A stretch of 64,000 nt of DNA from an uncultured virus (IMG/VR IMGVR_UViG_3300023236_000004) (taxonomy: Duplodnaviria; Heunggongvirae; Uroviricota; Caudoviricetes). The DNA is taken from IMG/VR virus record IMGVR_UViG_3300023236_000004; one strand, given 5' to 3'. Every line of letters starts with the position of its first letter. The stretch's first letter is position 1. The notes under the pieces are model-generated. The model was not told the origin of the DNA, searched no databases, and saw only the letters and a program-made list of their open reading frames with translations. Below, one piece after another: positions 10,112 through 19,902 of this stretch. A program made the position numbers and the translations under genes.

Positions 10112-10719
10112 AGTCGGCTACTGATCTTAGAGTAGAGATGATTTACAGTGCTGTTGTTGTTAAGCACTAGGTCAAACACAGTTTGTAGCCAAGCCCATTC
10201 ACTTATGTGTACGTTTTGTTCTTCTAATTGTTTAACTGCATCCTCGTAGCCGTTACTGGCTAACATACCTTGCGGATACCATTCTGGCAGTGCTCCACGC
10301 TGGACCCACCACACTTTTCCGCCTGCTTTCTTTATCACTTCAACTTCGTTTGGGAAACGTACATCGCTAATGACTATGTCGCTATCTTGCTGTAACAGCC
10401 TATGTTCTAAACTAGCAATCCATATATCATTGTGGAAACTTTTACGACAAACTTCTGTACCCCAGTATTGCAGTACCCAACGTGGAGTAAGTTCGGGCAT
10501 GTTTAGTCTTTCTGCCCACCAAGCGTCTACTTGTTCTCGCCATTCACGTGCTTCAGGGGTTGCACCTTCGAGCAGTTGTCTATCCCAACCAAAGATAGAT
10601 GCTACAGCGTCGTTAAGTGCGCCAGCAAAACTGTCACGTTGATAATTGTGTTCATCTACTAGGTAGTTTGCTACTGTGTCTTTGCCGGATCCAATGAATC
10701 CACATATTCCTATAATCAT
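10108..10719 (-). CDS. gp1: Deoxynucleoside monophosphate kinase (T4 gp1-like)
   Basis: MIIGICGFIGSGKDT P-loop, TPRWVLQYWGTEVCR, VISDVRFPNE. Confidence 0.92.
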   Translation of the reverse strand: MIIGICGFIGSGKDTVANYLVDEHNYQRDSFAGALNDAVASIFGWDRQLLEGATPEAREWREQVDAWWAERLNMPELTPRWVLQYWGTEVCRKSFHNDIWIASLEHRLLQQDSDIVISDVRFPNEVEVIKKAGGKVWWVQRGALPEWYPQGMLASNGYEDAVKQLEEQNVHISEWAWLQTVFDLVLNNNSTVNHLYSKISSRL

Positions 10720-10749
10720 AGATAGATTATAACACAATTAAGTTAAGAA

Positions 10750-11103
10750 TCAAACGCCGTATTTGTTCTTTTTAGGTTTAGCTACAGGACTAAGTTTATT
10801 AACAATCGGATGCTCTCTACTGCCTTTAGGAACCATAGTCTTGCCTTTAATACCTTGCTGTTTCATAGCAGTTTTGGCAATTAGTTCGTCTGCGTCAGAA
10901 TACATCCATATATGTGCATTGTCTTTCGTGGGGCCAGCTTTGGGTGTTTTAATATCCGGGGCACCAGCCATTGCTAATCCAATCCTATAATGATCGTAAT
11001 AGTGTTCATTGCCAAGTTCGACTGCGTGTACTCCAGAGTATTTCAAGTTACTAGACACGTGCCCTTTATAATGATCTTCTTTAATAAATTCTTTTGCTCT
11101 CAT
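10750..11103 (-). CDS. Hypothetical protein, possible internal head protein (start MRAKEFIKE)
   Basis: TAATG overlap with the gp13 stop. N-terminus resembles the T4 capsid-targeting sequence. Confidence 0.65.
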   Translation of the reverse strand: MRAKEFIKEDHYKGHVSSNLKYSGVHAVELGNEHYYDHYRIGLAMAGAPDIKTPKAGPTKDNAHIWMYSDADELIAKTAMKQQGIKGKTMVPKGSREHPIVNKLSPVAKPKKNKYGV

Positions 11104-12029
11104 TACCCAATTACCCAAGTTATCGGAATACTACCATCAATATAATCTCTAAGTTGTTGCTCTAAAGATGCCATTTCTTCATTTGCTTCTGCTTTAAGAC
11201 TAGCACCGTTCAGAACGGTTCCGCCTTGTGGTCCTGCGATAGTAGCAAATTTTTCACGTGCTTCGCCGAGTATGCGTTTAGCAAAACTATATGCATACTC
11301 TTGTAACCACGGAAAAGCCTGGTAGTCATTTAACAACATGCTGTCTGGCTTATAGTTATATATGTGAAGTAAACAATCCTCCATGTCTTCTTCTCTAGGG
11401 ATAGTACCTTGAAAAGGTATCTTACGAATAAGGGTTAACTTACGTGTAGTCCTGTTGTAAGTAAAATTCAGATACCCTCCAAACATTTTCATTGCTTGCT
11501 TTTGGTAGTCAACAAACAGTTCATAACTTAATAATCCCCCCACACGACCTGCTACTAGCATATACGTGTTAAGATAACCACTAGCAAACGGTTCGAACTG
11601 ACTTGCTGTTGTACCTGTAACACTACCTATACCTCGTCTGTATGCGGCTCGTACATCCATAACAGTACTAGGCAAAATATATTCTTGTGTTTCTGGCTTT
11701 AGTTTTAAGAACGCATACGATTCTTCTTGACTGTTGCCAGCTCGCTGGCGATATTTAATTACGGCTTGGTCAATAGCCAAATTGTAGTGTTCTGTATCAA
11801 GTTCGACATCAACAATACCATCTGCTAAACGCAATCTAATGTAATCTGTGATTTCACCACGTTTTAATTGTACTGTTCCGTCTACTGGTACTGTGGTTAC
11901 ATCACCGAAGTTCCCATCTGGGTCATACTTAACATGCCCGTGCCCGGTGCCCGTAGCAGGCACATAGAGGCTATCGGTCCTTAGGTTTCCGTTAGCAAAA
12001 AATGTTGGTGATAGATCTTGTTCAGCCAT
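11103..12029 (-). CDS. gp13: Neck protein / head-tail adaptor
   Basis: YIRLRL...VDVEL...WLQEYAY...K.ILGEAREKF..IAGPQGG..LNG..LK.EA pattern. Confidence 0.85.
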   Translation of the reverse strand: MAEQDLSPTFFANGNLRTDSLYVPATGTGHGHVKYDPDGNFGDVTTVPVDGTVQLKRGEITDYIRLRLADGIVDVELDTEHYNLAIDQAVIKYRQRAGNSQEESYAFLKLKPETQEYILPSTVMDVRAAYRRGIGSVTGTTASQFEPFASGYLNTYMLVAGRVGGLLSYELFVDYQKQAMKMFGGYLNFTYNRTTRKLTLIRKIPFQGTIPREEDMEDCLLHIYNYKPDSMLLNDYQAFPWLQEYAYSFAKRILGEAREKFATIAGPQGGTVLNGASLKAEANEEMASLEQQLRDYIDGSIPITWVIG

Positions 12030-12074
12030 ATTAGTATTATCCTTATAATGTATTTATCAGGTTACTAATATTGG

Positions 12075-13229
12075 CTACAAAGCCTTTAGCAGGAGTATGT
12101 CTTTGTTAATGCGACCATTGGCAGGTATACTCACAGCTTTTATCTCATCTAAAAACTTACGTAACTGTACTTTACCCGCTTTCATAAACTCTAGTAACTT
12201 TTGTTCAGGTTTGCGGACCGTTTTACCCTGACTTTTGACAGTATCGTAGCCTAAAATGCTGGTTCCTTTAACGCTTAGGGGTCCAAAGGTATCGTCTGCT
12301 ACATACTTAAACATCTTACGTGTTTTAACATTATACACCCAAAGTTCTTGTGCGCCTATAATATCAACAGGATTAATAGACACTAGTTTAAGTACGTTGT
12401 CCTCTTTTAGGTACTTCATCTTGCTAACTGATTTTTCCTTATTGGGGGCTCGTTTGACCTTTGCTTTTTTGGTTTGCTTCTTAACTTGTCTATACTGTTC
12501 TATTGCATCTTGGAACTTGTCAAAGAATCCAAATATGCGTCTGAAGTCTGCGGCCCTGTAATGACTATATGCTTCTGTTAAATCTTCGTCAGTACCTAGT
12601 TGTGCTTCTTTAAGTTCGCCAACATACTGCTCGGCCCATTCTGTATACCGGCTCAATTGTGCTTGTGGTACATTGCTGGCTTTGAAATATTCAAATGCTT
12701 TGGGATCAATCTTCTTGCCTACAATCAAGTCGTCGACCAGCCCATCAAAGTGTGCAAGGTGCTCGTTAGTCTTTTCCTGCAACCTGTCTTGGATGGTTTT
12801 TACTTGGCTTGGTGCAGTTACCTTCTTACTGCCTTCTTCCTGAATTTCGATAGGGTCAACAAGTTTGGTCACGTGTTCGATAGTTTCCCTAAGATATTTA
12901 ACATGTGGCTCTTTCAGCGGCATGCCTTGTTTGTGTGCCTTAACCAAACTGCATGCTGTCAATGACAAGCTACGGTCTGAACTTCGTACAAAGTTGCTTA
13001 CATCTTCTTTTTTGTAACCACTGTCCTGCATCCATGATACCAAATACTTTTTAAGATCCTTTGGCGAATAATGATAGTTGTAGTAATTAAAACTTTGTCG
13101 CATGTGGTGGTCAAATTCAGCTTCGTCCATTTTTAATGCACGTTCGGTATCCCACACTGGCTCGGGCCCAGTACCTTTTTCGTCTGCTAGTTTTTGCATT
13201 TTAGCTTTCGCTTTAGTATTAATTGCCAT
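12075..13229 (-). CDS. Hypothetical protein under a consensus sigma70 (early) promoter
   Basis: 384 aa, basic C-terminus (LWVYNVKTRK...VKGTSI...KTVRKPE...NGRIN). SD AAGGAG. Confidence 0.8.
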   Translation of the reverse strand: MAINTKAKAKMQKLADEKGTGPEPVWDTERALKMDEAEFDHHMRQSFNYYNYHYSPKDLKKYLVSWMQDSGYKKEDVSNFVRSSDRSLSLTACSLVKAHKQGMPLKEPHVKYLRETIEHVTKLVDPIEIQEEGSKKVTAPSQVKTIQDRLQEKTNEHLAHFDGLVDDLIVGKKIDPKAFEYFKASNVPQAQLSRYTEWAEQYVGELKEAQLGTDEDLTEAYSHYRAADFRRIFGFFDKFQDAIEQYRQVKKQTKKAKVKRAPNKEKSVSKMKYLKEDNVLKLVSINPVDIIGAQELWVYNVKTRKMFKYVADDTFGPLSVKGTSILGYDTVKSQGKTVRKPEQKLLEFMKAGKVQLRKFLDEIKAVSIPANGRINKDILLLKAL

Positions 13230-13262
13230 ATTATACGCTCCTTAATTATCTAACAAAGTACT

Positions 13263-13291
13263 ATTATACGCTCATTGAGTATATATGTCAA
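13263..13291 (-). promoter_or_regulatory. Perfect sigma70 promoter TTGACA-17-TATAAT
   Basis: -35 at 13286..13291, -10 at 13263..13268, 17-bp spacer. Confidence 0.85.
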
Positions 13292-13302
13292 GCACCTATT
13301 AG

Positions 13303-13315
13303 AATCAACAACTTA
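13303..13315. promoter_or_regulatory. Putative IHF site (WATCAANNNNTTR)
   Basis: AATCAACAACTTA matches the consensus, 11 bp upstream of the -35 box. Confidence 0.5.
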
Positions 13316-13363
13316 CACCAGGTTCTAAATACCGCTAAATACTAGATATTATAGGATTTTATT

Positions 13364-14749
13364 GTGCCACGGTTATCACTCTGGAAAGACGGAAGACACT
13401 CAAACGATTACAAGTTTATGGATCGTGTTATCGGCGAAGAATTCACTGTCGGTGGCACTGGGGTAAACGTACACAAATACCTTGGTACTCAGGAACAGAA
13501 CACAGTAAAAGTAACTAATGCGACACAAGGTTCTGCAGGTGTTGTTCTTTCTTTTGCTAGTACATCAAATATCGAATTAAATTATTATGTGTCTGGGACA
13601 GGCATTCCTGCAGATACCAAAGTTATTGCTAAAAATGCAACAACTGTTACACTAAACAACAGCACAACTATAGCACTGCTTAGTGGCAGTACTATTAAAT
13701 TTTACGACAACCCGAGCGAGCCGAGTTATACAACTCAAAGTGAAAAAAATATTCAGGACTTGTTCTTCTTAGAGAACAGAGACCGTAAGTACGACACTGA
13801 CATTTATCCAATGCGTGGAATTTACACAGTACAGGATACTACGTTTGATCTGAGCCAATTTGGCATGTTCTTACAAACAGGCACACTGTTTATGACGTTC
13901 CACATTAACGACATGGTACAATCACTAGGTCGTAAAATGATGAACGGTGATGTGCTAGAGCTACAACATCTATTAGATTATTATCCACTAGATGACACAC
14001 TGCCTGTTGCACTTAAAAGATTCTACGTAGTAAGTGATTGTCAAAATGCCGCTGACGGGTTTAGTCAAACTTGGTGGCCTCACTTATGGCGTGTGAAACT
14101 TAATCCGCTGACAGACAGTCAAGAATACAAAGACATACTTGATAATATTAAAGTTGATGCTCCTGATTGGGATCCAACCAATGGCAATGTTAGTCTCGGC
14201 AGTGTACAGAGTACTATTGAAACTTATCAGAATATAAACAATGCTATTATCAAAGAAGCAGAAAAAGAAGTTCCACTAAGTGGCTACGATATTAGTCATC
14301 TTTACATTAAGTCAACAACGCCAGACGGCAAGTATCCAGGTGACCCAGTTGGTGTAACTGCTGACGGTAATGTTACTGCTGATAGCGATAGTGTAAGCAC
14401 AGACTATGCTATCTTGAGTCCACAAGCAGTACCAGAAGGATATTTAACAGGGACAGGGCTAGGACCAAATGGTATGCCAGTAACAGTTGGCATTGCTTTC
14501 CCGAATGGGCCATCAGTAGGTGACTATGCACTTAGATCAGACTACTTGCCAAACAGGCTGTTTAGATATGACGGGAGACGTTGGGTGAAAATTGAAGATA
14601 ACGTAAGAACAACACTTACACCAGGATCAGAGAACACCACACAACGTAGTGGCTTTGTAAACAACACAGAAACATACACAAACAATTCAGGCAATGTAAC
14701 AGTAAGACAAAGTCTTAGTGATGCATTAAAGGCTAAGGCAGATAATTAA
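13364..14749 (+). CDS. gp14: Neck/head-closure protein, gp14-like, with extra domains
   Basis: Lies between gp13 and gp15. IQDLFFLENRDRKY...DLSQFG.FL....LF.TFH pattern. GTG start, CTAAATA promoter upstream. Confidence 0.65.
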   Translation: MPRLSLWKDGRHSNDYKFMDRVIGEEFTVGGTGVNVHKYLGTQEQNTVKVTNATQGSAGVVLSFASTSNIELNYYVSGTGIPADTKVIAKNATTVTLNNSTTIALLSGSTIKFYDNPSEPSYTTQSEKNIQDLFFLENRDRKYDTDIYPMRGIYTVQDTTFDLSQFGMFLQTGTLFMTFHINDMVQSLGRKMMNGDVLELQHLLDYYPLDDTLPVALKRFYVVSDCQNAADGFSQTWWPHLWRVKLNPLTDSQEYKDILDNIKVDAPDWDPTNGNVSLGSVQSTIETYQNINNAIIKEAEKEVPLSGYDISHLYIKSTTPDGKYPGDPVGVTADGNVTADSDSVSTDYAILSPQAVPEGYLTGTGLGPNGMPVTVGIAFPNGPSVGDYALRSDYLPNRLFRYDGRRWVKIEDNVRTTLTPGSENTTQRSGFVNNTETYTNNSGNVTVRQSLSDALKAKADN

Positions 14750-16107
14750 TGGCTCAACAATTTTTTTACGATGGACAAATACGCAGATTCCTAGTTCAAT
14801 TTATGCGAATACTCAGCGGATTCCAAGTTGAATTTGGTAAAAACGCTGACGGTGTAAAAACGCTACAGACTGTTCCCATATACTACGGGGACCAAAGCAG
14901 ACAAGCCGCTACTATCCTACGCAATAATAGTGAGAATGCACTCAATGGCGTGCCTGCTATGAGTGCATATATTTCAGCACTGCAATATGATCAGTCCCGC
15001 ATGCAGGATCCTACACATGTAGGAAAGATTAACTTACGTCAACGTCAGTACGATCCCGAGACTGGAACATATACTGATCAACAGGGAGATAGTTATACTG
15101 TTGAAAGACTAATGCCTGTTCCTTATAAGTTAACAATTATCTTGGATATTTGGTCGAGCAACACTGAACAAAAAATGCAAATAGTAGAGCAAATTGCTAC
15201 GTTATTCAATCCAAGTTTTGAAATTCAGTCAACAGATAATTATGTTGATTGGGCTAGTTTAACTTTTGTACAATTAACTGATATGTCATGGAGTTCAAGG
15301 ACTGTGCCGATGGGAGCAGATGAAAGTATAGACATTGCTAGTCTTACTTTTGAAATGCCAATTTGGATCGCAAGTCCTGCTAAGGTTAAGCGTCTTGGTG
15401 TGATACAAAAGTTTATTGGTAGTGTTTATGACGAGCAGGGTGAATTCAATGAGGATACTGTATTAAGCAATCTTGTTGCCCGTGTAAAAGTCACACCGTT
15501 AGAGTATGGCATTTACTATACTGGAAATCAAATGAAGTTGGTTAAGCCAGAAGAAGTTGTTAGCGAGGCTGGTGTTATAACCAAAGTTGCTCCAACAAAA
15601 GAAACTTGGGAAGCACTGATTGGGGTATATGGCACACTGGTTACAGGTACCACAGAGATAAGATTAGAGTTAGCAACTGGTAACGAACTGATAGGGCAAA
15701 TTGCGTATCACCCAACAGATCCAACTATACTATTGTTTACCCCAACCGAAGATACAATGCCTCTCAACACACTAGAGGCAGTAGCTAAAATTATAAATCC
15801 AATCAACATTACTGTAGACAGTAGTTTAACAAGCCCTACTACAGGAACACGCTACTTGCTTACAGATCACATTGGTGCTGAAGATAACGAAAACTACAGT
15901 GTCTGGGGTGATATAGTTGCTAGTGGGAACGACATAATAGAATATAACGGATCAAGATGGATCGTTGTGTTCGATAGCGGTGAAATTACAGATACAGAAT
16001 ATGTAACCAATACAAATACTGGTGTTCAATATCGCTGGACCGGGTTAGAATGGGTCAAAAGCGTTGAAGGTTTATATCGAGGTGGTGAGTGGAGTCTGGC
16101 TATATAG
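14749..16107 (+). CDS. gp15: Tail terminator / sheath stabiliser
   Basis: FFYDGQIRRFL.QF...VPI.YG...MPVPY.L...LDIW....EQK.QI.EQI..LFNP. Confidence 0.85.
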   Translation: MAQQFFYDGQIRRFLVQFMRILSGFQVEFGKNADGVKTLQTVPIYYGDQSRQAATILRNNSENALNGVPAMSAYISALQYDQSRMQDPTHVGKINLRQRQYDPETGTYTDQQGDSYTVERLMPVPYKLTIILDIWSSNTEQKMQIVEQIATLFNPSFEIQSTDNYVDWASLTFVQLTDMSWSSRTVPMGADESIDIASLTFEMPIWIASPAKVKRLGVIQKFIGSVYDEQGEFNEDTVLSNLVARVKVTPLEYGIYYTGNQMKLVKPEEVVSEAGVITKVAPTKETWEALIGVYGTLVTGTTEIRLELATGNELIGQIAYHPTDPTILLFTPTEDTMPLNTLEAVAKIINPINITVDSSLTSPTTGTRYLLTDHIGAEDNENYSVWGDIVASGNDIIEYNGSRWIVVFDSGEITDTEYVTNTNTGVQYRWTGLEWVKSVEGLYRGGEWSLAI

Positions 16108-16547
16108 GCTGTGGTGCATTAGTTTACAGCAAATCAACACACAGATACTTATTTTTGTTGCGCAACCGCAAGCGACATGCAGGCACATGGGGTTTAGTTG
16201 GTGGCCGTGTTGAAGATGGGGAATCGCCATTACAAGCACTTGAGAGAGAACTAGTAGAAGAAATTGGTACGGTAGTATCTTATAACAAAATAATCCCAAT
16301 GGAAAAGTTTACAAACGAATCCAATAATTTCGAATATCACACATACTTAATACCAGTAGAAGAAGAGTTTGTGCCAATACTGAACGACGAACATAGAGGA
16401 TATGCATGGACCAGCATAGCCGATCACCCGAAGCCTCTGCACCCGGGTGTTTGGCGTACTTTTAGTTTTAAGGTAATACTGGAAAAATTAAAGATAATGG
16501 AGGCAATCTTTACAGATCACACTCTGTTACCAATTGATGAAAACTGA
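16089..16547 (+). CDS. Nudix hydrolase
   Basis: Nudix box GGRVEDGESPLQALERELVEEIG, plus LNDEH.GYAW. Confidence 0.9.
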   Translation: MESGYIGCGALVYSKSTHRYLFLLRNRKRHAGTWGLVGGRVEDGESPLQALERELVEEIGTVVSYNKIIPMEKFTNESNNFEYHTYLIPVEEEFVPILNDEHRGYAWTSIADHPKPLHPGVWRTFSFKVILEKLKIMEAIFTDHTLLPIDEN

Positions 16548-17235
16548 TCCTGCGGAAGTTAGAGCACTCTTTCCAAGCGCCAGGTATGTTGCCTTTACCA
16601 GTTTTGTTTACATGAATAAACTCTACTAACGGGTACGCTTGCATTAGTGTTTTAAGTGCAAGACCATAGAAATCATCAGTAACCACTGTGTCTTCAATTT
16701 GATATGCATTAGTTCCTGTGTAGACATTATTATTGTTACCGTGTGTGTCTTGTCCATCAAACCCTACTAGATAGATTTTGCTGTGTCCATCAAATGCAGC
16801 CATGTAAGCTGCCATGGCACCTGCATTCCACTGCGGATCCTGTGGCATCATATAAAATACCCCTGGGTGATCAAAGATTTGATCCGAGTTTGCGTAAACA
16901 ATTTTTCTCGTTGCTCCACCAGTTTCGACTAGTTCTTGTGCAATCTTATCGTTGTTAATTACCAAAAAGTCTACGTCATAGTGTGCATCTCGGTGTATGG
17001 CATTGCAACCATATGTTTGTAATTTTGGTTGCTTGAAGATATAGTTAATATCAAAATCACCGCGACTCAGGCCGTTGCCAAGCACCACAGCTTGTTGTCC
17101 AGTTCTGTTGTTATCTAGTATTGATGGTTCAATTGTCTCTGTTTCGTATGTCCAGGAGCCGTTTTCGTATGTGGCTGTGGCGTTAATTTCTTCGCCAGTG
17201 TATGTGGTTCGCAGACGTTGGTAAAAGTTTTGCAT
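16510..17235 (-). CDS. Putative glycosyltransferase (Maf/DUF115/sialyltransferase-like fold)
   Basis: AVVLGNGLSR...YGCNAI...DFLV...AGAMAAY.A...G.SKIYLVGFD motif set. Confidence 0.55.
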   Translation of the reverse strand: MQNFYQRLRTTYTGEEINATATYENGSWTYETETIEPSILDNNRTGQQAVVLGNGLSRGDFDINYIFKQPKLQTYGCNAIHRDAHYDVDFLVINNDKIAQELVETGGATRKIVYANSDQIFDHPGVFYMMPQDPQWNAGAMAAYMAAFDGHSKIYLVGFDGQDTHGNNNNVYTGTNAYQIEDTVVTDDFYGLALKTLMQAYPLVEFIHVNKTGKGNIPGAWKECSNFRRISFHQLVTECDL

Positions 17236-17274
17236 TTGTTAGCTCCATGTAGTTGTTATTGTTAGCTAGTATAT

Positions 17275-17466
17275 TTATTTTGGATTGTTATCTTTCACTG
17301 TCTTAATCGCATTATAAAAGTCTGCAAACTTTACTTTTAGATCTTCGTCTGCATCAATAGCATGCCACAACAGATCTAACTGTTCTGTGATAGATGGATA
17401 CGAAAACGCACGATTTTTATCTACTTCTTTTTCTGCGTCTGTCATGTTTTCTATAAGTTTTGCCAT
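17275..17466 (-). CDS. Small tail-fibre assembly/chaperone-like protein
   Basis: R...YPSI.EQLD.LWH...AIK.VKD.NPK motif, commonly found downstream of fibre genes in aquatic phages. Confidence 0.6.
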   Translation of the reverse strand: MAKLIENMTDAEKEVDKNRAFSYPSITEQLDLLWHAIDADEDLKVKFADFYNAIKTVKDNNPK

Positions 17467-18863
17467 TATGCTATTGCCTGTATCAGTAACATTGGTTTAA
17501 TTGGAGCTAGGCGAGTGCCCGAAGCAGTAGTACCATCCCACCAGACATTTTGATGAAGCGTGTGAGAATAACCGCCACCATAATGCCGATGCAATCCTCT
17601 AATTGTTTTTGCACTTGTCCAACTGGTAAACTTTCCGTTTGCGGCGTCATCGCTTGCGGCGGCGCAATCAAAAACCCACTCTACACCAAGTTCTAAGTTC
17701 GCATGATGCCAGTTTGTTGATGCATAGTTGGATGAATAGTTTCTAGATGACGGGATAACATCTGTTCCATCTATTTGAACTTTAAAATGTGAAATGCCAG
17801 AATAGCCGGTACAATCCCACTTGAAATTGTATCTATATATGACTCTTTTTGTTCCTGCTGGTGGGGTATACGCTACAGAACTACCTGTCATTACTACATG
17901 TGAGGCTGTTGATGCCTGTCCGGCAGTAACATTTGTAATAGTATATGACCCAGATAGAACTGATACAGTTGAACCATCACACATACAAGCAATTGTTTCA
18001 ATAATTTCGCCTGGCCTATATGTGCCTGGAGTAATTTTACCGCTGGTTGTGATATCACCACTAGGGTCAATTGTCATTGCGGAATTAGTTATACCACTAC
18101 CATAACTGTTGCTAGTACCAAAAATCAGTTTAGAACCACCACCTGTGTACTGTGCTCCAATTCTTACATGCGGAGCGGCTTGACTTGCTAGATATTTTCC
18201 TTCAATTAAAGAAACGTAATTATCAGCAGTATAACTAGTTTGCGAAACTTCAACGCCCTCACCAGCAGTTGTTCCTGTAAATGTAGACCCTAATGTATTT
18301 GCGGCATTTATTTCTAAACTTGTAGTAGGACTAGTCGTACCAATACCGACTTTGCCAGCGCTGTTGATACGCATACGTTCTGTACCGTCAACACTAAAAT
18401 TAAGTATTGAACCAGCACCTGCATTAGTTGGATCAGACGTTATACCTATAGATCTACTTGAATTACTAAGATTAATTATTCCACCAGAATAACTAGTATC
18501 AGCAACACTTCCAACAAAGGCTTGACTAGTAGCCATTGATGTACCAACGGTTACTAAATTAGTAGTTGGACTAGTAGTACCGATACCGACTTTACCAGCA
18601 CTGTCAATTGCCAATGAATCGTCTGGTGCTGATCCGTTAACATCAATAGCGGCAGGTAAGGATTCAATGCCTGTTAATGCACTGCCGTCACCTGCAAATG
18701 CCGTAGCAGTTACAGTACCAGCTACATGCAGTTTTGAGCTTGGCTCAGCAACCCCAACACCAATGTTACCGTTGCTTTTAACTCTTAATGAATTGGCAGG
18801 GGCACTTTTATCAGCTTTGATTGATGTCCCAGAAGTTGCTACTCTATTTCCAATATATGCCAT
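17466..18863 (-). CDS. Tail fibre / receptor-binding protein
   Basis: Three G(N/K)(I/V)G(V/I)G...P repeats followed by a distinct C-terminal globular domain. Confidence 0.75.
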   Translation of the reverse strand: MAYIGNRVATSGTSIKADKSAPANSLRVKSNGNIGVGVAEPSSKLHVAGTVTATAFAGDGSALTGIESLPAAIDVNGSAPDDSLAIDSAGKVGIGTTSPTTNLVTVGTSMATSQAFVGSVADTSYSGGIINLSNSSRSIGITSDPTNAGAGSILNFSVDGTERMRINSAGKVGIGTTSPTTSLEINAANTLGSTFTGTTAGEGVEVSQTSYTADNYVSLIEGKYLASQAAPHVRIGAQYTGGGSKLIFGTSNSYGSGITNSAMTIDPSGDITTSGKITPGTYRPGEIIETIACMCDGSTVSVLSGSYTITNVTAGQASTASHVVMTGSSVAYTPPAGTKRVIYRYNFKWDCTGYSGISHFKVQIDGTDVIPSSRNYSSNYASTNWHHANLELGVEWVFDCAAASDDAANGKFTSWTSAKTIRGLHRHYGGGYSHTLHQNVWWDGTTASGTRLAPIKPMLLIQAIA

Positions 18864-19541
18864 TTATAATCTTCCCGCAATCACTTCAATAGTGCCAACC
18901 GTTTCGGAGTCATAAGATTCAAGTGCTTTGCCTACCACTGTTCCAAAATTTGGTGCTGTGCAGGAAGTGCCTGCTCCTGCTATATTACCAGAAACAATCA
19001 TGTCTCCACGTTGTATTTTTCCATGCACCTTACAAGGAACACGACCTGTTAGTGCCAGGTCAACAACATTTTCTGCCACTAGGTCTTTGTTCATTAAAAA
19101 TGCAGGATTGGTACTGACTATGCCCGCCACTGTGGGATCCATGTAACTGTTGCTGGATGTAACTTCTTTTGGACCGCCTATTGTCATAACAGTTCCTGGG
19201 TCATATTGGCTATCCGCTACGTATTTTTCAGCCAAGTCAGCATACAATGCTTGTGTTGCTGTACCTGTAAAATATGTTGCTGTAACATTACCACTAAAGT
19301 TTCCGTGTACTGCTTGTACTGTTCCTGTTGCGTTAACATGTGAAGCACCTACGTTACCGGATGTAGTTAGCAAGTCAGTACTTGGGTTGTATGTTAAATT
19401 AGCATCAGTTTCTAACGCGGTTGTAGCCCCTTGTGTATCGCTGAATACCAAGAAAACAGTTTCGTTATTGCCATCATTAGCTGTATTAATAACTGTTTCA
19501 GCTGTTGTTATAACGTCGGGTTCGTTGCCTAAATATGCCAT
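18864..19541 (-). CDS. Short fibre protein with C-terminal intramolecular chaperone/autocleavage-type domain
   Basis: YADLAEKY..D..Y.PGTV..IGG.KEVT...VAGIVSTNPAFLMN...LTGRVPCKV.G....GD...GKAL. Confidence 0.7.
   Translation of the reverse strand: MAYLGNEPDVITTAETVINTANDGNNETVFLVFSDTQGATTALETDANLTYNPSTDLLTTSGNVGASHVNATGTVQAVHGNFSGNVTATYFTGTATQALYADLAEKYVADSQYDPGTVMTIGGPKEVTSSNSYMDPTVAGIVSTNPAFLMNKDLVAENVVDLALTGRVPCKVHGKIQRGDMIVSGNIAGAGTSCTAPNFGTVVGKALESYDSETVGTIEVIAGRL
19276..19336. repeat. 61-bp exact direct repeat, copy 1 (copy 2 at 21109..21169)
   Basis: gttgctgtaacattaccactaaagtttccgtgtactgcttgtactgttcctgttgcgttaa occurs identically in two different fibre genes. Confidence 0.9.
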
Positions 19542-19549
19542 TGATTATC

Positions 19550-19879
19550 CTAGGTCGACGATGACAAGTAACTCATGATAGAATCTGTACTGGTGGTTGT
19601 GTCAGAAGAAACACTTATTGTGTCGCCCTGTTCAAGAACTACTTTTTGATCGCCACCAACGATTACTATTGCACCACCACTTGCTATTGTTGCGCCTTTG
19701 ATCATGTTTACTGTTGCCCCACCACTTTTGCTTAGTGTTGCTGTTACAGCTATATTATTTGCGTGTATATTTGATAAACTAAAACCAATAATGGTGTGTG
19801 TTGTACTTGACGAGACTGTGTCAGACACCTGTGCAGGGCTAGTCCCTATGTTCCCGGTTACTACGCTTTTAAATGCCAT
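19550..19879 (-). CDS. Small virion structural protein
   Basis: 109 aa, beta-rich (GGDQKVVLEQGDTI). Paralogue-like to 31276..31593. Confidence 0.7.
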   Translation of the reverse strand: MAFKSVVTGNIGTSPAQVSDTVSSSTTHTIIGFSLSNIHANNIAVTATLSKSGGATVNMIKGATIASGGAIVIVGGDQKVVLEQGDTISVSSDTTTSTDSIMSYLSSST

Positions 19880-19902
19880 TTCTAATTCCTATCATACTGT
19901 AT

